Origin: Cycas panzhihuaensis
Lineage: Eukaryota; Plantae; Cycadophyta
Assembly (NCBI GenBank): GCA_023213395.1
Contig: CM041465.1
Location: forward strand, 75,461,741-75,525,740
DNA: 64,000 bases
Reading direction: 5' to 3'
The translations under genes were made by a program, and so were the position numbers. Positions within the stretch are counted from its first letter, which is position 1, and the number at the start of each line of letters is the position of its first letter. Of this stretch, positions 11,233 through 26,479 are shown piece after piece. The notes beneath the pieces are model-generated. The model was not told the DNA's origin. It worked only from the letters and a program-made list of their open reading frames with translations, and ran no database searches.

Positions 11233-14183
11233 AATAAGAAGGAATCTTTAAGCAAGGTAGTTTTTCTTTCACATGCAAGGTTTACTTAGTACTATATGCT
11301 TGTTGTTACAATCTTGGTTAATTTGTAGACTTATATGTGAGAGTTATTTTCTTTAAATTAATTATTGTCATATCTACATATCATTTTCTTGGCTAATAAG
11401 TAACAACTCAACATAAGGAGCATTTAAAAGAAGTAAAGTTGTTTAATTGTAATCTTCCATAAGATACAAATTTCTTATCTCAACACTCTTCTTTTCTTGG
11501 TTTCAAAATTTCATAAACAAGTAAGGAAAAGAAAGAAAAGTAAAGTGAATGAACATCTTTGTTTGTTGATTGTATGCTTTGTTTCCCTCTTCCCTTCTTG
11601 CCTACTTACAAGAAAATAATAGATACTTGGAAGTTTAATCAAGTAGGTCTTGAGCGAGAAACTTTGTGATTATTTGATTACTAATCTATTTTATCCTTAT
11701 ACTTTCTCTTGAGTATATTCAAAAGATTGAAAGAGTAAAGCAAAGGACTAAGCAATACAATAAATATAAGTACAACTTAAGCACCTAGATCTCCTTTGTC
11801 TCTTGTGACTACTTGTGTTTTGCTCTCATTTTTCAATTATTTAGAAAAACACAAAGTGAAATAGAAAGGAATTACATTTTGCATTTCATATGATGTGATT
11901 TGGTTGCATGTCTATTTTTATGTTGTATTCATTCAAATTGAAAATGCATGCTAGTTTATGCATGTAGACTTGGCTTGCTAATACTTGATTTAAATTAATT
12001 AGATTTAGATTTATCTTTCTAATACACATGAAAACCATGCCATAACCTGTATTCATTTATTTCCTTCTCTATAAATTAAACTCACAAGTAGACAAGATCC
12101 CTTCTTAGATTTTGGTTGAAAGGGTTACTCCTTGAGATTAGTTACTCTAGCTTTCTCTTCTCATAGAGTCATTCTAAGGTAATTGGCACCAATCTAACAA
12201 ACCAATATCAAAGTCGATTGGATTAAAGGTTTCTATGTGGAGAACTTGTTTGAGATAGGTTATTAGCCATGTTATTTCAGAGCCCGCATATGTGAGTTTG
12301 TCACATGAAGTTCTGTTATAAATTGGATGTGTGTTGAACAAGAGCACCTGGAGTATGTTGGTGCCAATGAGCCTAGTGGAAGTTGTGCAATAGATGAGAG
12401 AGCCAGTATTGAGGCAGTGTTAGGATGACAAAGTCAATATGAGCCAGTACAAGGACCTTGTTAAAGAGGATTTGATGAGCCAAGGTTATGCTTATGAGAT
12501 GTGACCAAATTGGGACATGTTGAGAGCCACATACAACTGTTGAAAGTTGTGTGAAATGAGTACTACAAGAGCTACATGGTATGATATTTATTTGTTATTT
12601 GTGGATATTTGTTTAGTGTGTTGTGCACACAGTTTTTATAAATATGCAAGAGGAGAACTTGTTACATGTGAAGTATGGTTTATTGGTTGTTGAAGGGTGG
12701 AGCAGTTAGAGAAGACCGAAATGACATCCCTATTTAATTATTGTTGCCAATATAGGAAGATATTTTACTAGTCCACTAAATACGATGAAGATAAATTGAT
12801 TAAGTTTGGATTTGTAAATTGATCCCTTGCAAATGTGGTTGAGGCTTTGTGAGATTGATCACCTCACTAGACCTTAGATTTAGTAACATGTCAATTAATA
12901 GTTGGTGATATCTCTTTTACCCAGATGGAGTTTTTTGGTTCACAGGTTTATGGATTTTATTCTTGTAGTGGTATTTTTGTAGTAGTGTTCATTATTAAGT
13001 GATTTAAGGCTACTTGGAGTGGTATGGGGTTTCACCATATTAAGATAGTTGCAGTAAGTTGAGATGGTGAGCTAGTACTCAGTCATGTGAAATAGGCAGT
13101 TTACTTATGAGGTGAGAAGCAATTGTGTGACAGCCTTCATATGTTTGATAGTGAGTGAGATATGTTGGCAAAGATAACTGCTATTATGAAGTTTTTGATG
13201 CAAATAAGAGGACAAGGGTATGGTTCGATGCATGTGAGAGGCATGCATGTTATCATGTGTCATATAATCAAAGTATGGCAGTTGTGGTTTGATGGCATGA
13301 TGGATGAATGTGAGAAATATTAATGACATAATGTGATTTATGTTATGAATGCAAAGCCATTGTTTTATCAGTTTATTGATGTATTTTTGGCAGGCATATT
13401 TATCTTGATTAATGGCCGATGTAAGCATATATAAGGGCATAGTGTTTACATGTTGATTTGGGGTTGTAACGAGATATGAATCATGATTTTTCATGATAAT
13501 TTCTAAGCTTGTTTGTAAAGCTATTTGGAGAAATGAGAAAGAATGGCGAAATCCATTTGAGGAAATGGACCTTATTCTATATATACACCAAATATTTAGT
13601 TTGGTCCATTTCATGCCTATTTCATCCCATTTCCATCCTATGTGTAACTATTTTGGTCCATTGAGACCTTGTTTTGTGTTAAATCCTTACTATTTTACCA
13701 TTTTGCATGAAGTACCACCGTGCAAATTAGACATTGTTCTATCTAATGGTCACTGATGTGATAAACATTGATGAATTGCCATCGTGGAGTTGAGATCATT
13801 GTGGAAATGGAGAGCCCGTTGGTTCTTGTTTCTTTAGTTCAACACCATCTAAATGATTGAAACCTTACATGAAATGAATAATGATCCATTGGAAACCCTA
13901 ACTGTGGAGTATATGAAGCATGGAAGATTATATGCTCACCATGTTGTGGTTGAGAGGAGAATGTAATGCAAATCTTGTGTGCAAAATTAAAAGGAAGGAG
14001 GAGCCAGGTCCTGTATAGTTGTGAAGACACCCTGTGTAGAATATGTAAGCCATGGATGAATGAAGATTTGTGCCTAACCATAGAGAATGTAGACACCCAA
14101 CATTGGCCTAGAAAATAATTGAGAAAAGAGGTGAATATATATGGCCCATAAATGAAGATGAAGATGCAAAGATGAATGAAGGA

Positions 14184-14502
14184 TGTTAAAACAACAGACA
14201 AAACATAATATAGATCATTTATATATACAATAAGCTCAATAAATACAACCACATAGTATAATAGAATTGATATGGAAAATCTTTCAGTAAAAATCCACCA
14301 CAAAATAAATTAATGGTATTAATATATAAGATTACTTAACAATGGACCCCAAATCTCTTTAAATAGATCCCTAAGTATCCCAAATGTACATCTGTCAACC
14401 TACATTAGTTTCAATACAATAATATATACCACATTATTCTCCACAATATTCACATTATAGCACACCACATTAATATTAATTAGTTAAGTTACCACTTTAA
14501 CA
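14184..14502 (-). repeat. 3' LTR
   Basis: Aligns end-to-end with 19801-20119; adjacent to the PPT. Confidence 0.95.
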
Positions 14503-14524
14503 TCCCCCCTTAATGTAAATGTGA

Positions 14525-17500
14525 GGTCTTGAATTCTTCATAAGGGCTAGACTATCCTTTGTCTTTATCCTTATTGATATACCCCCCCTCAAGGATAACT
14601 TCACTAAGTCCCAAATTGGCATGAATCTTAATGAAGTGGTTTTCAGTAAGAATTTTGGTAAATACAACTGTAAATTATTCTTTACTTAGACAAAATTCTA
14701 CTTGAAACTTCCATGATCTGATCTGCTCATACATATAATGGTGCTAGATCTATATATGCTTTTTACATGTGGGAAATTCTAAATTCTTCAAAAGTCAAAT
14801 AGCACTCTGATTATTAATAAGTATAATAGGTGTGCTAGAAGATGTTCTAAGATTCTCTAAAAGTCCTTATAACCATATTACTTCCCTTGCACCTACACTG
14901 AGTCCTTAGTATTTAGCCTCTATAGAAGACAATGCAATGACAACTTTCATTCTAGATTGCCATGATAGAAACCCATTGTCAATACTAAAAATGTATCTAA
15001 CAGTTGATTTCATATCTTTAGCATTTCCACCCTAATTTGCATTAGTATACTCATGTAATTTTATCTCTTCATCTCGAAGGCATTCAAGGCCAAGATTGAG
15101 TGTTCCCTTAACATACTTCAGAATCCTCTTTGTAACAACCCAATGAGGTTCTTTGGATTCTATATGTAATGAGATACCAATCGAACAGCATAAGTAATAT
15201 TAGGTATAGTATAAGTTAAGTCAATGAAACTCCTTACTAATTGTTAATATAGTGTCCCATCTATAACTAGCTTATTAATATCTTTCGGGAGTTTTATACC
15301 CTTAACACATGGTATTTTTGTTGGCTTGCAATCCTTCATACTGAATCTCCCAAGCAAGTTCTTTGCATACCTCGATTACAACATCATGATGTGATCATCC
15401 ATCTACCTAACTTCAATGCCCAAGAAGTAATGAAGTGGCCTGAGACCTGTCATATCACAAGTATGTCCCAAATAGGACTTTGTAGCTACAATAGTCCTAT
15501 TACAGTTGCCTGTAACAACAAAGTCATCAACATATAATATAATAACAACCATTGTAGTTTCATTCCTTCAAATATAAAGACTCAACTCCAATTCTATCAT
15601 TACAAAACCATCCTCCTTCAATATGACATCTATCTTATCATACTAAGCATGAGGTATTTGTTTTAAGCCATAAAGAGATTTTTTCAAATCACACACTAAA
15701 TGCTCATATCCTTCCCTTATGAAACTAAGAGGTTGAGCCATATAAATAGCTCTTTCAACTCTTCATTAAGGAATGTTGACTTCATATCCATCTAGTATAA
15801 CTCCCAACCATATTTACTTGTTAAAGCAAGGATCAATTATACTATTGTCATCTTGGAGAGTGGTGTAAATGTTTCCTTATAGTTGATTCCTTCTTTCTGT
15901 TTGAACCCCTACATATTCTCCATTGGAGCAAAACTTTGTCTTATATATCCACTTGCAACCAACTAGCTTGTTGAATGGAGATAAGAGAACCAAATCCCAT
16001 GTGTTATTATTCATTATCAAATTATACTCCTCTATTATAGCTCTCCATCGTGGATCTTCTTTTGCTTCTTCATACAAAATAAGATTGTTGGAATCATTGG
16101 TGTCCACCACCAAAGTCAGAGTAGTGTGTTTACTTCTCATGCGACATCCATCTTCAAGATCATTCACCATCACATAGGATTCCTCAATAGTCCTCCTAGA
16201 CCATAATGTAACACATGGTGTTATTCGTATCTTTTCTTGTGATGGCTCCTCATTATTACTCCCACTTGGTCCTACTTTCATTTTTGACATAGTGCTTCGG
16301 TCCTTAACTTCTATACCTATTGAGACTCGACTTAAAAAGGGAAAAAGTGGAGGATAAAATATGTCTTCAAATGACCTCTTAGTACGATACATTATTGACT
16401 CATCCAACTTAACATCCTGACTAACTAAAAGCTTCTTACCCTATGGATCCCAAAGTCTATAAGCTTTATTCTCTTCTAAGTCCCCTATGAAGATACACTT
16501 CAAACTCTTACAATCCAACTTCTTTTGATGTGGGTCTAGGATGTATCCATATGCAATGCACCTAAATATCTTAAAATAATTAATAGAAGGTTTCTGACTG
16601 GTCAAACACTCTTCAAGGGTAATGCCATGAACAACTTATATAGGTACTCTATTTAGAATATAAATAGTCATCGCAATAGTTTCTACCCAAAACATTGCCA
16701 GTAGATTCTTTGTATGCACCATACACCTTGCCATCTCCATCATGGTATGATTCTTCCTTTCTATGATACCATTTTACTATGGGGTACATAAAATGATCAG
16801 TTCTCGTTTGATACCATGATTAAGGTAGAACTGATTAAAGGTATTATTATCATACTCTTTTCTATTATCACTTGTTAAAATCTTTATTTTCTTATTACTC
16901 TCATTCTCAGCATGTTCTTTCCATTCATAAAAATAATTGAACACTTCAAACTTGTTTTTCAAGATGAAAACCTAGGCTTTCCTCTTATAACCATCTATAA
17001 ACACAAGAACAAAATGAGCACTTAATATAGAAGGATTTGATTGTGGCCCTATCAAATTAGTATGCACGAGTTCCAACTTCTCCTTCGATCTCCAAGCATA
17101 ATCCCTAGCAAAAGAATAGCAATAGTGCTTCCCATACATACTTCATCAACACCTTCTAAACATAAAATTTGTGATAGACCAACCACCATCTTCAATCTAT
17201 GAGGCTATTGCTCTTGTAGTTAAAATATCCCAAACACCCATGCCATAACTTGCTCACATCATTAACACTAGTAATAAAAGCATAGGATTCCTTTTGGGCT
17301 CTAAATTTCTCAAACACCCTAAACTTATCTTAAACTTTCGTAGTAGCAATAATAGAAAATTTTATTTTAGGATCGTTAACTATGCATTTATTATTATAAA
17401 GCTCAATTTTCATACCTTGTTTGCAGATTTCCCAAGCAAAAAGAATATTAAGTTTCATCTTTAGCACATAATAAACCCCATTGAGCTTACCTCTTACAAG

Positions 17501-18496
17501 AAAAATAGAACCAACACCTTCCACAGCATGAGCATCTCCAAGAATAACATTAGCATCACTCAAACCTGCATTCAAGGCATTAAAATTTCGTTTCTAATAG
17601 GTGATATGTTTTTGTACTTTACAGTCTAGGATCTAATAGTCTTTCTAATTTGACTCAATTGACAACATTGATACCATAATGCAATGTGCTTCTACACTCT
17701 TTCTTTTATCACCTCAGCTAACCCTACGCTTCTCCCACTTTTTTAACCAATAATTCTTCTCCTTTTGCCCTCTTTCTTACAGTAATTGCACTTAACCTGT
17801 AAACTTCTTCTTTTCTCGAGATGTCTCTCATATTTTCTATGTGGACTTACCCTCCTTAACAACATCTTTCCTTTGCGTCTTTATGACCAAAGCCCGATTT
17901 GATTCTAAACCAGCAAGCATTCCATGATACTTCAACTTGGTGTCTTCAGCTAGAATCAAGTTCTTCAATGACTCAAATGATTCATCCTCTATAATTTCAT
18001 CTCTTACAAAGATAGTATGGAAGGTTCCAAATACAGTTAATAATTTTGACATAATGATCGCAAAGAGTAATGCATCATCAATTGAGTTTAGCTTCAATTC
18101 TTCCAACCAGTTCTTCAAATTTGTAATCTTATTTAGGTACACACTTATGTTGTCATCCTCTACTACTGAATTCAATAACTCTATTATAAGAGTAATACAA
18201 TGGTTAGTTTTCTTATTCTCAAATGTCTCACACAGCTTTGTCTAAATATTTTAAGGGAATTCAAGGTTATCGACTAAAGCTCTCTAGTCTGGAGCCAAAG
18301 ACAACTTAAGTAATTCCACAATTATAAATTGTTTCTCCTTTACGTGTATATGCTCTTTCTCATCTAAAGGGATAGCCAACAATTCAGATTTGATAATGCC
18401 CCAAAGTTGGTTCACCATGAGAACCAATTCCATGTTTGCCTTCCATTTATTAAAGTTATTTCCATTGAAAATTACTAAAGGAACCAACTTTTCCAT
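14525..18496 (-). pseudogene. gag-pol: Copia gag-pol, heavily decayed
   Basis: IFNGNNFNKWKANMELVL (gag, 18496); KCNYCKKEG knuckle (~17780); KKIKILTSDNRKEY (INT, ~16870); NNTWDLVLL...VGCKWIYKTK (RT, ~15960); RNase H remnants to ~14530. Many stop codons. Confidence 0.92.
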
Positions 18497-19800
18497 GATA
18501 AAATACAGGCAAACACAGGAATTCTATATCAACCTTACACAGGTAATGTTCTCTCGAACATAATGTTGAAATAATTCATTCCACAACATAGAATATGATA
18601 GCTAAGCAAAGCAAATTATAATACACTCACAAGCCCACAGACAATTTAATAGAAAGACAACTCTAAACTCTTAACAAATCTATTTTTAATATAAAATATT
18701 ACTATTTTTAGATTGATCTCTCAAGTACTAATCACTATAAATCATAAAAAATGCATAACGAATGCAATAGTCAACTAAGCCACTATGCCAAAACCCTCTT
18801 ACACATCAAAAAAAATGCCTTGTTTATATCACACCACATAACCATAGATGTCTGAATTACACCTCCAATGTATCAAACGAATAAAAGGAAATATCAAAGA
18901 TTATTCACTTTAAAAAAATACCTTTGATATGTTTACAGCTCTATAACTCTACGACAAACTCCACCGAGAGTTCAACTATGTGTAAGACTGCTTATTAGAG
19001 GATCTAAGAATATCCCATTTATATATGTCTTCGTCTATGCCTCTTCGTCAATAGGGAATGTATATATGAACATCTACAATGACTATATAAGATGCATGAC
19101 CAAATAATGGTAGTTGTCTCCCTCAATGAGTTGTGGCGCAATCGTACCTATGATGGTTGGAGTTAGTATGCTCTTTATTTTTGAGTTCATCTCTATCTCT
19201 TCGCCTAATGGCTTGCGTAAAGTAATAGACTCTTTGACATAATGTGGTGGCGATATTACTCTTAGAATTCATTTATGATGTTACAAAGTCAACACACAAA
19301 TATCTACTATGGTTGACTTCATTATCAAGCTTCGCCTATGCCTCTGTTAACATCTCGTTGCGAGATATACATCCATAACAGTTATATCTCATTTGTCTAC
19401 ATGATACACTCAACTGATAGGCGACATCAAGTATGGGCAGTGGCTCTACAACACAATCTTCGACTGGTGACTCAGCAACAGGTAGTGTTACTACAATTTG
19501 ATCCATGGCTGGCACTTATTAGACTCACCTCCTCTATAATGAAGCATGTAATGCAAATAGGTGCTATGCAAATACAATGCAACTCTGCTCTTCTTACATT
19601 TGGGAATCTATAGTTTCCCACAATTTTAAAGAGGATGACCTGTAATAACAGATAACAGATCTAATAGAGGAGGCACTTGGGCTATTTAGAAAATAATAGA
19701 TCTAATTGAAGGATTATGCTAACACTACTCGGCAACCTGCAACCTGATCACTGTGTCCAATACCCACTCTCTTTATACATGACCATCTACTCTAATACCA

Positions 19801-20119
19801 TGTTAGAACAATAGACAAAACACAATATATATCATTTATGTACACAACAAGCATGAAAGATGCAAGCACACAGTACAATAGAATTGACACAAGAAGCCTT
19901 TCAATAAAAACCCACCACAAAATAAATTGATTGCGTTAATACATAAGATTACTTTATAATGGACCCTAGATCTCTTTAAATGGATCCTCAAGTGTCTCAA
20001 GTGTGCATCTGTCAACTTATGTTAGTCTCAATACAATAATAGATGCCACATTATTCTCCATAATATTTGCACCATAATACACCATATTAACATTTGTCGG
20101 TTAAGTTACCACTCTAACA
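19801..20119 (-). repeat. 5' LTR
   Basis: Aligns with 14184-14502; adjacent to the Met PBS. Confidence 0.95.
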
Positions 20120-21943
20120 AAGGAGATAGAACTATAAAGCCACCCATCAATGGATGGTGGGTCATAGTTGTGATGTAAGAGGAAATAGCATACGTCTGCA
20201 TGGAAAAATACGGCTATGGCTACCATAAAAACCTCCCCTGTGTGAGCTGCCATATAAATTTAAAAAAACCATAGTGATAAAGGAGTCTGTCCGCATTTGT
20301 AAAGGCACTCACTAGCGTGAACATGAAGCTAAAATGAAGAGATACAGTCACTTGCATAGAGATCTGAGTTGCATGCGTGATCTGTGATAGTGGTGCCCAG
20401 TTGAGCCATGGAGATGAAAATGCCCAGACCATGGATGATGCGCTTGCAACCTAAAGGATCACTATGATGCCTGATGATGGATTTAAGAGTATTTCGATCA
20501 ATTTCAAATCAATCTAATGTAAATTTTGTGATGAATCATTGCTTGAATCTGCACGTAGGGAAGCAAGTTTCGATATTGCATAAAAAAAAAAATTAAATTA
20601 CAAAGGTAAGATCTGATAATTGAGTGGAGTTCACAAAGGCCCCAAGATAGCAACAGGAGGTCACATGGGGTGATTTGATGTGACTAGAAGCTCCAATGAA
20701 AGGGACTAATCAAATTTGTTGAATTGTATTCTATTTTAGATGACATATTATCATCGTTTCAACTGTAACTTTTCATTGGGATGTTGGATTGAGGTGTTTC
20801 CAATTGCTCTAGAAAGAGCACTTTGAGACAATCGAAACAAGTGGTCACAAGACATGTTTTAAAATTTGCATAAGACAAATTTTAATGGATAAAATTTATC
20901 AAAGTGATTTTGATAGGTGAAATTTTACAATTTTCGAGCATTTTAAAATTGGACTGGCATGTTTAATGGTTTTAAAGGCTCATGAATACATGTAATGATG
21001 TAAATGATTACTTGTTGGCAAATGAAAATAAGTTTTCATTGAAATTGTACATATTAAGGCTCATTAATGATGATTTGAAGCTCAATTTTTAATGTGATTT
21101 AAGAGGGATGTTAGAAACTCCTCTAGATATGCATGAGATTTGATATAGTGATATGAAGCACTAATCAAATAACATTTGTTTTGCACACCCGGTTTGTTTA
21201 CTACCTAGATGATGTTAAGGGCGTTAGGTACCTAATGACACTTAGTTTATGTATTGATTATTTCACCTGATATGAGATGTTGTAGTTTCATATGTTTAAG
21301 CAGCATGTATAGAATCATCAATGGGGAGGCAATGCTTGGAGACCATGCATACGTTTGTGCAAAATCACTGACAGAGATAGTACATGCGTGAATGCAGAAT
21401 TGCTGACAGAGGTAGCGCATACTCGAAAAAGTGGAAGTGTTGGTTATTTGTAGCTTTGCAAGTAGAGGATATGAAGTTGTTCAAACTTATTAGCTTGTCA
21501 CATGGTTATGCTCAGAGAATAATTCTTATATACTTTTCACAGTTCAGTGGATGTGGCTAAGGGTTTTCTAACCAGGTTTGTCTCCTTAGGGCGTAGGAGA
21601 GTTAGAAACAGACAAAAGGGTAGTAGGAGAAATCTACATATGTTAATGGACCATATACGAAGAAGGCCATTCCATCGAACTAGCTTGTGTATTGGCTTGC
21701 ATTCAATCTTGAAGAAATTTGTGACATGGTTAAAGAGAAGACTTAATATAGCATGGCATGTTGAGTCATGGCTGCAAGTGGTTGATTGGTTCATTTCATG
21801 ATAAGCAAATGTCTTGTAATGATAGATCACACTTGTAGGATGCAAGTATGATTTATTAGCTTACAGCTGATGCAGAATCTAACATAGAAACTGAGCTGGG
21901 ACTTGAAGACTTACAAATTATAAGCATTAAACGTAAGGAGGAT

Positions 21944-22431
21944 TGTTAGAATGTGGTGTTATTCACATGATTAATGTTTAATGTTCTACCACATTATAAT
22001 ATTGGTTAATATGACAAATGCACAATTATTAATATTAACCTCCTATTGGAAGGTGAAAAGATTTTGTAATGTAATAGGCTTATCATGAGGCAGATTGTCC
22101 TATAAATATGTACACACCCACTTGGAAAAATTAAGAGTAGAAGGGGTGACTTTATTATGTGATTAATAGAGTAAAGCTAGCCTCCAACCTTCTCCCATGA
22201 ATTTTCCTTGGTTTGGATTTTCCACATTTATACCTAAAGTCTTGTAGTGATATTTATGCATGTTCATATGTTTGATATGGTTTCGTACAATGTTTGTGTA
22301 CATATCCTTATGATGATATATTAATGTTTAACATGGCATAGCAATATGTTGTTATGATTCTTGAACCTGTGATTAACTAGTGTGTCTTACAGGTGGTATG
22401 AGAATTGTTCTTCTCGTATCATGTTTTAACA
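21944..22431 (+). repeat. Orphan copia-type 3' LTR
   Basis: Purine tract AAGGAGGA then TGTTAGAATG; CTATAAAT at ~22100; GATTTTCCAC motif; ends TTTTAACA. The partner LTR and TSD were not identified. Confidence 0.6.
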
Positions 22432-25074
22432 TCTTCCACCCAATTTCCTCACCTGTTTACTTGGCTTATGTGTCTAAATCAATTGAAATATATTATGCAA
22501 TTTTGTTGAGTCTATTGAGTCATCATTATAAAGAGAATAAGAGACTTTAGATCCCACTCCCTTCCCTAGCTCGTCCCTAGATTAAATCGAGTCACGCAAA
22601 TCACCATAGAAGGAGTCAAGATGCCATTGAGTTAATGTCAAGAGACTCAGATTATCTACCTGATTATTGAGTCAACATCAACCTAATTTTTGGGTTGGGG
22701 ACTACTTGTATTTACATCGAGTCAGGCCTTATTCCTAGCACATCTCCTAAGAGTCTCTCACCTTCTTCCTCATTGACCTTTTTAGTCGACTTTAATAGCA
22801 GTAGTTTGCAATTAAGTAAATTTATTTTCTATTTTTAGTCCCAGTTACTTTTGGCATTTGATTGAGTTATTAATGATATTGTAAAACAGATATTCTATTT
22901 CCCTTCTTTCATTCTATAGTTTCAATAATAGTTTTGTTCATCCTTTTAGTTGAATGTCTCATGCTAGCTTAGATGACAATTTTCTTCAGATATGATGGAT
23001 TCTCATCCTACTTCTGACTTAAGAGATGTTTACTTTTCGGATTCCTTTGATGTTAATTTCTTCTCTAATAGCGGATGATCTTTTCCATGTTGCTACCATT
23101 GCAACCTTAGTTATCACCTCCTTCCAACACACTCTTAGATCCTTTTGTCTCTAAGCACTTTTGGGAAGAATCTTTGAGTTGCTTTAGCTTTGCACCTTTC
23201 ATTGGTATTCCTTTGGAACAATTAGTCTCAAATCTCTCTAGTTTGAGTTCTACTAACTCCTTCAAGTTCCTAATTATGACTTCTACTACCCCTTCAGTTA
23301 TACTTTAGTGCATTTTCTTTTATGGCATATTTTCTCACATATTTTTATCTATCGTTGCACACTTGATAGTAGTTCTATCTTGTGTTCATTTAGTTGCATA
23401 AAATTCTACAGTTTGACACTTACATGATTAGATACTCTTCAACAAGTTATTGCACCTACCTAATGTTACATATTTTGGTGATTAGCATTTGCCAACATAT
23501 TACTCTCCAGATTTGCAAATGATATTTTCGCATTATTTAATTTTGATCAATCCTTTTCAGCATTGGATTAATGGCTTGAGACATTTTTAGATTTTTAGTA
23601 ATGATTCTAACAATTGACATTGGTCAACTCACTTTGCAGGCAATTTTTTGTGCACAAGATCTACCTTTTTTAACTTTGGATCCTAATTTTCATAGTTTGG
23701 TTTCTTCCTTTGGGTAATTTATACTAAATTTTTAGTAGCTTTTGAATGCCCTAAACATAAGTATGACTTAGTTTGATTAACTAACTAACTTCTTAATCAT
23801 TGAGACAACCTTCATACTCATTAACTTTTAGAGATTGGATTTTATGTCATTTCAGTTTTAGCTTGAGTTATACTTCCACTACCATTATTCTTTCAACAGT
23901 GATTTCATTTTCATAAGTACTTTACTTGAGATATTTGACAACTAGTTGGTTGTTTCTTTCTATTTTTGTTTCAGATTTAAATGGTGATGGAGTTAATGAT
24001 ACATTATCTTCTCCACTTCTGCTTCTTCAAATATTTATGTTCCAAATTTCCAAGTTTCCAACCCTTCTATATTAGAATTTTGGTGGACATCTTCAACATA
24101 GTTAAACTTCAATCTTTAGGGCCATTATGTTGATCTAGTTATTAGTTTCTCCTAGGTTCAATGTTCTAAGGTTTTAAGGATCCTCCTCCCCTCTTAATTT
24201 ATTAATTTTTAATTTGTAATACCCCTTTAAAAGGCCATGTATTTAAACTTCAGTCTTAAGTTTTAATTAAGATTTTTTAGGGGTTGGTTAATGGGGATCA
24301 TTGAATTCAATTTTTAATGAATTTAACAAATACCCAACCCCCTAACATTGTATATATACATGGTTTATATGATATAAAAGGGAAGATGATGGTAGTTTTC
24401 TTAAAACTTTAAGTGTGACTGGTTTGACTGTGTTTGAGAAGCAAGTGGTGATGGAGTTCTGAGAGTGATATATGGGGGAGATGCAACACCTTTATCAAAG
24501 AATATTATTACCACGTGCATAATGAAATCCTCACATTTAAGATAATCCAATAATACTAAATATTTTTATGGGTTGTAGCTCTCCTTTTACTGCTTGAATC
24601 TTCCATAATTTCTATGTTGAAGTCACCTATTTATCATAGTTACTTATGTCCATGTTTTAGTTGCCCTTGATAATGCATTTACCCTTCATTTACAGGTACT
24701 CGCTTCCTTCTAGTAGATCGCCATTTGTGCCTATCATTTAAAACCATATACAATGCTCTCCAAGTTTTATAGATGCTTTATTTGTTATAAAAATACCATT
24801 GACTGTCATTTATTATATGGCACTTGTAATATTTATTCTACATCTCACCCAAACTGATCATTGATCTCGATTGTAACTTACCACATATCTACATTGTTGT
24901 TTATATTTTATCAGTCACCATTGTATGTTTGTCGCATTCTTGTCTTCACTCCATCGCTCGTAGATTTACAAACTATAGTTGCCAGTCTTCAAAGAAGGAA
25001 AACAAATTCAGACTACTCAAATCTATTTAAATATGGCATTTCATCCTTAACCTATACAATGTCATTCACATAAG

Positions 25075-25078
<4 letters not shown>

Positions 25079-25162
<84 letters not shown>
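25079..25162. repeat. (TA)n microsatellite, ~42 units
   Basis: Read directly from the sequence. Confidence 0.98.
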
Positions 25163-25166
<4 letters not shown>

Positions 25167-25524
25167 TTTGGCGCATCTTGCCCATCATTTTAATTCAGAA
25201 TTATCATTATTACTTAGAGTTGAAAATGCTTGAATTTACGTCTTTTAACAGTTGCCCTTCATTTGTAAAAATTTCAATGTAGTTTACTCTATAGTTGTGT
25301 TATTGTTAATTGCTATATGCAACAAATTGATATTTGGAAACATACACTTATTCTTATATCATCCTTGACTAGTTTTTTAAAATTGCCTTTCAATGAAATA
25401 GAGAAATTTATATTTGCACTCTAATTATTTATTGTGGGCAGTGCAATACATAATCTTATCTTACTATTTGGTTATAAGATATCCTGAGAATTTATTTCTT
25501 ATTTGTGATTTCCAGAGTAATTAT

Positions 25525-25760
25525 TGTTAAAATGTTAATGTTTTATCCTAAGGTTGTATTTTATAAAACCAAAAAGGTTATGTCCTATTATACCCTCTTT
25601 GTATTAATTTGACACTTGTCACTCATGATAGACACTTGTCATTTATGTACAAATCAATTATGTAAGATTACTTGTATAAATGAGAGAACATCCCTCACAT
25701 CAAATCAATGAAGAGTTCAATCATATTATCTAAGAATTATGTTTAGTTTGTTTTCCAACA
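25525..25760 (+). repeat. 5' LTR (236 bp)
   Basis: TG...CA, aligns with 30550-30782, followed by the PBS. Confidence 0.95.
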
Positions 25761-26479
25761 TGGTATCAAAGTGGGCTTGATATACTAAGTAAGAATAGCT
25801 TAAAAATAAGAAGGTACAAGAAATTAAAGGAGTCATGAGAAGAAGACAATAAGCAAAAATCTAAAAAAAAAGGAAGAAATGACAGAAATCAAGTACTAAA
25901 CAAAATTGTACGACATTGTACAGAACCATATAGATCTGTACAGATATTTTTCAAAGTGCTTAGATTGAAGTCAAATTTTACAAACAAGGACATCTCGTCG
26001 AGTACATTCTGTTATCCTAAAAATACTTTTGCAGATTTGACCTCAATAAGCGGGAAGTTAGAGAAAATCAGTCATGTAGGTTTAGAGCTTCCAATGAAAA
26101 TTTCTCAATCTTGAGTCATGTAAGTGTCCTCAAAATGATCCTCTAGTCATAAGCTTTCTGTTAAATATAAGTTTGCAAAGTTTTATTTAAGATATTAAGA
26201 GAAATAAGCAAAAATGGGTTTGAAACCTTAGTTGCCCCTCTACATTTGAAAATCTTTTTCTGCCTATTTGAGACCCCAATTGAAAATTTGACTTCAGATT
26301 CCTATATATGGTCTCGTTACCTTCAATCTGAGAGAGTTTTAGACAAATTTGTACACCTATACTTTTAATTGTACATCCATATGGCCATATGGACTAATCT
26401 TATTACAATGATCTCATAAGCTTGAATCATATTTCTTGTCTTCAAAAATATCAAAATGAATTCAATTTATTCTCTAGGT

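Larger units (their letters stand above)
14184..20119 (-). mobile_element. Full-length, old Ty1/copia LTR retrotransposon
   Basis: 319-bp LTRs at 14184-14502 and 19801-20119 (visibly diverged, roughly 20% by eye). Perfect TSD AAGGA. Minus-strand PBS TGGTATTAGAG (19790-19800) and PPT TAAGGGGGGA (14503-14512). Domain order gag-PR-INT-RT-RH. Confidence 0.96.

Noticed and set aside
13105-14303. Minus-strand ORFs of 169 aa and 154 aa as host genes
   Set aside because: No recognisable motif; His/Ile/Leu-rich translations are expected from the antisense of TG-skewed repeat DNA.
21101-21130. Additional PPT + LTR start (AAGAGGGA-TGTTAGAAAC)
   Set aside because: No identifiable LTR end, partner or TSD.
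12300-22431. A single host LTR element enclosing the 14184-20119 copia, with a 5' LTR near 12.3-13.0 kb
   Set aside because: Only a short similarity (TCTTGTAGTG.TATTT at ~12961 vs ~22240) and no matching TSD; cannot be delimited by eye.
22900-24170. Ancient LINE RNase H remnant (VWFLPLG..ILNF near 23700)
   Set aside because: One weak frameshifted motif with no other supporting domains.
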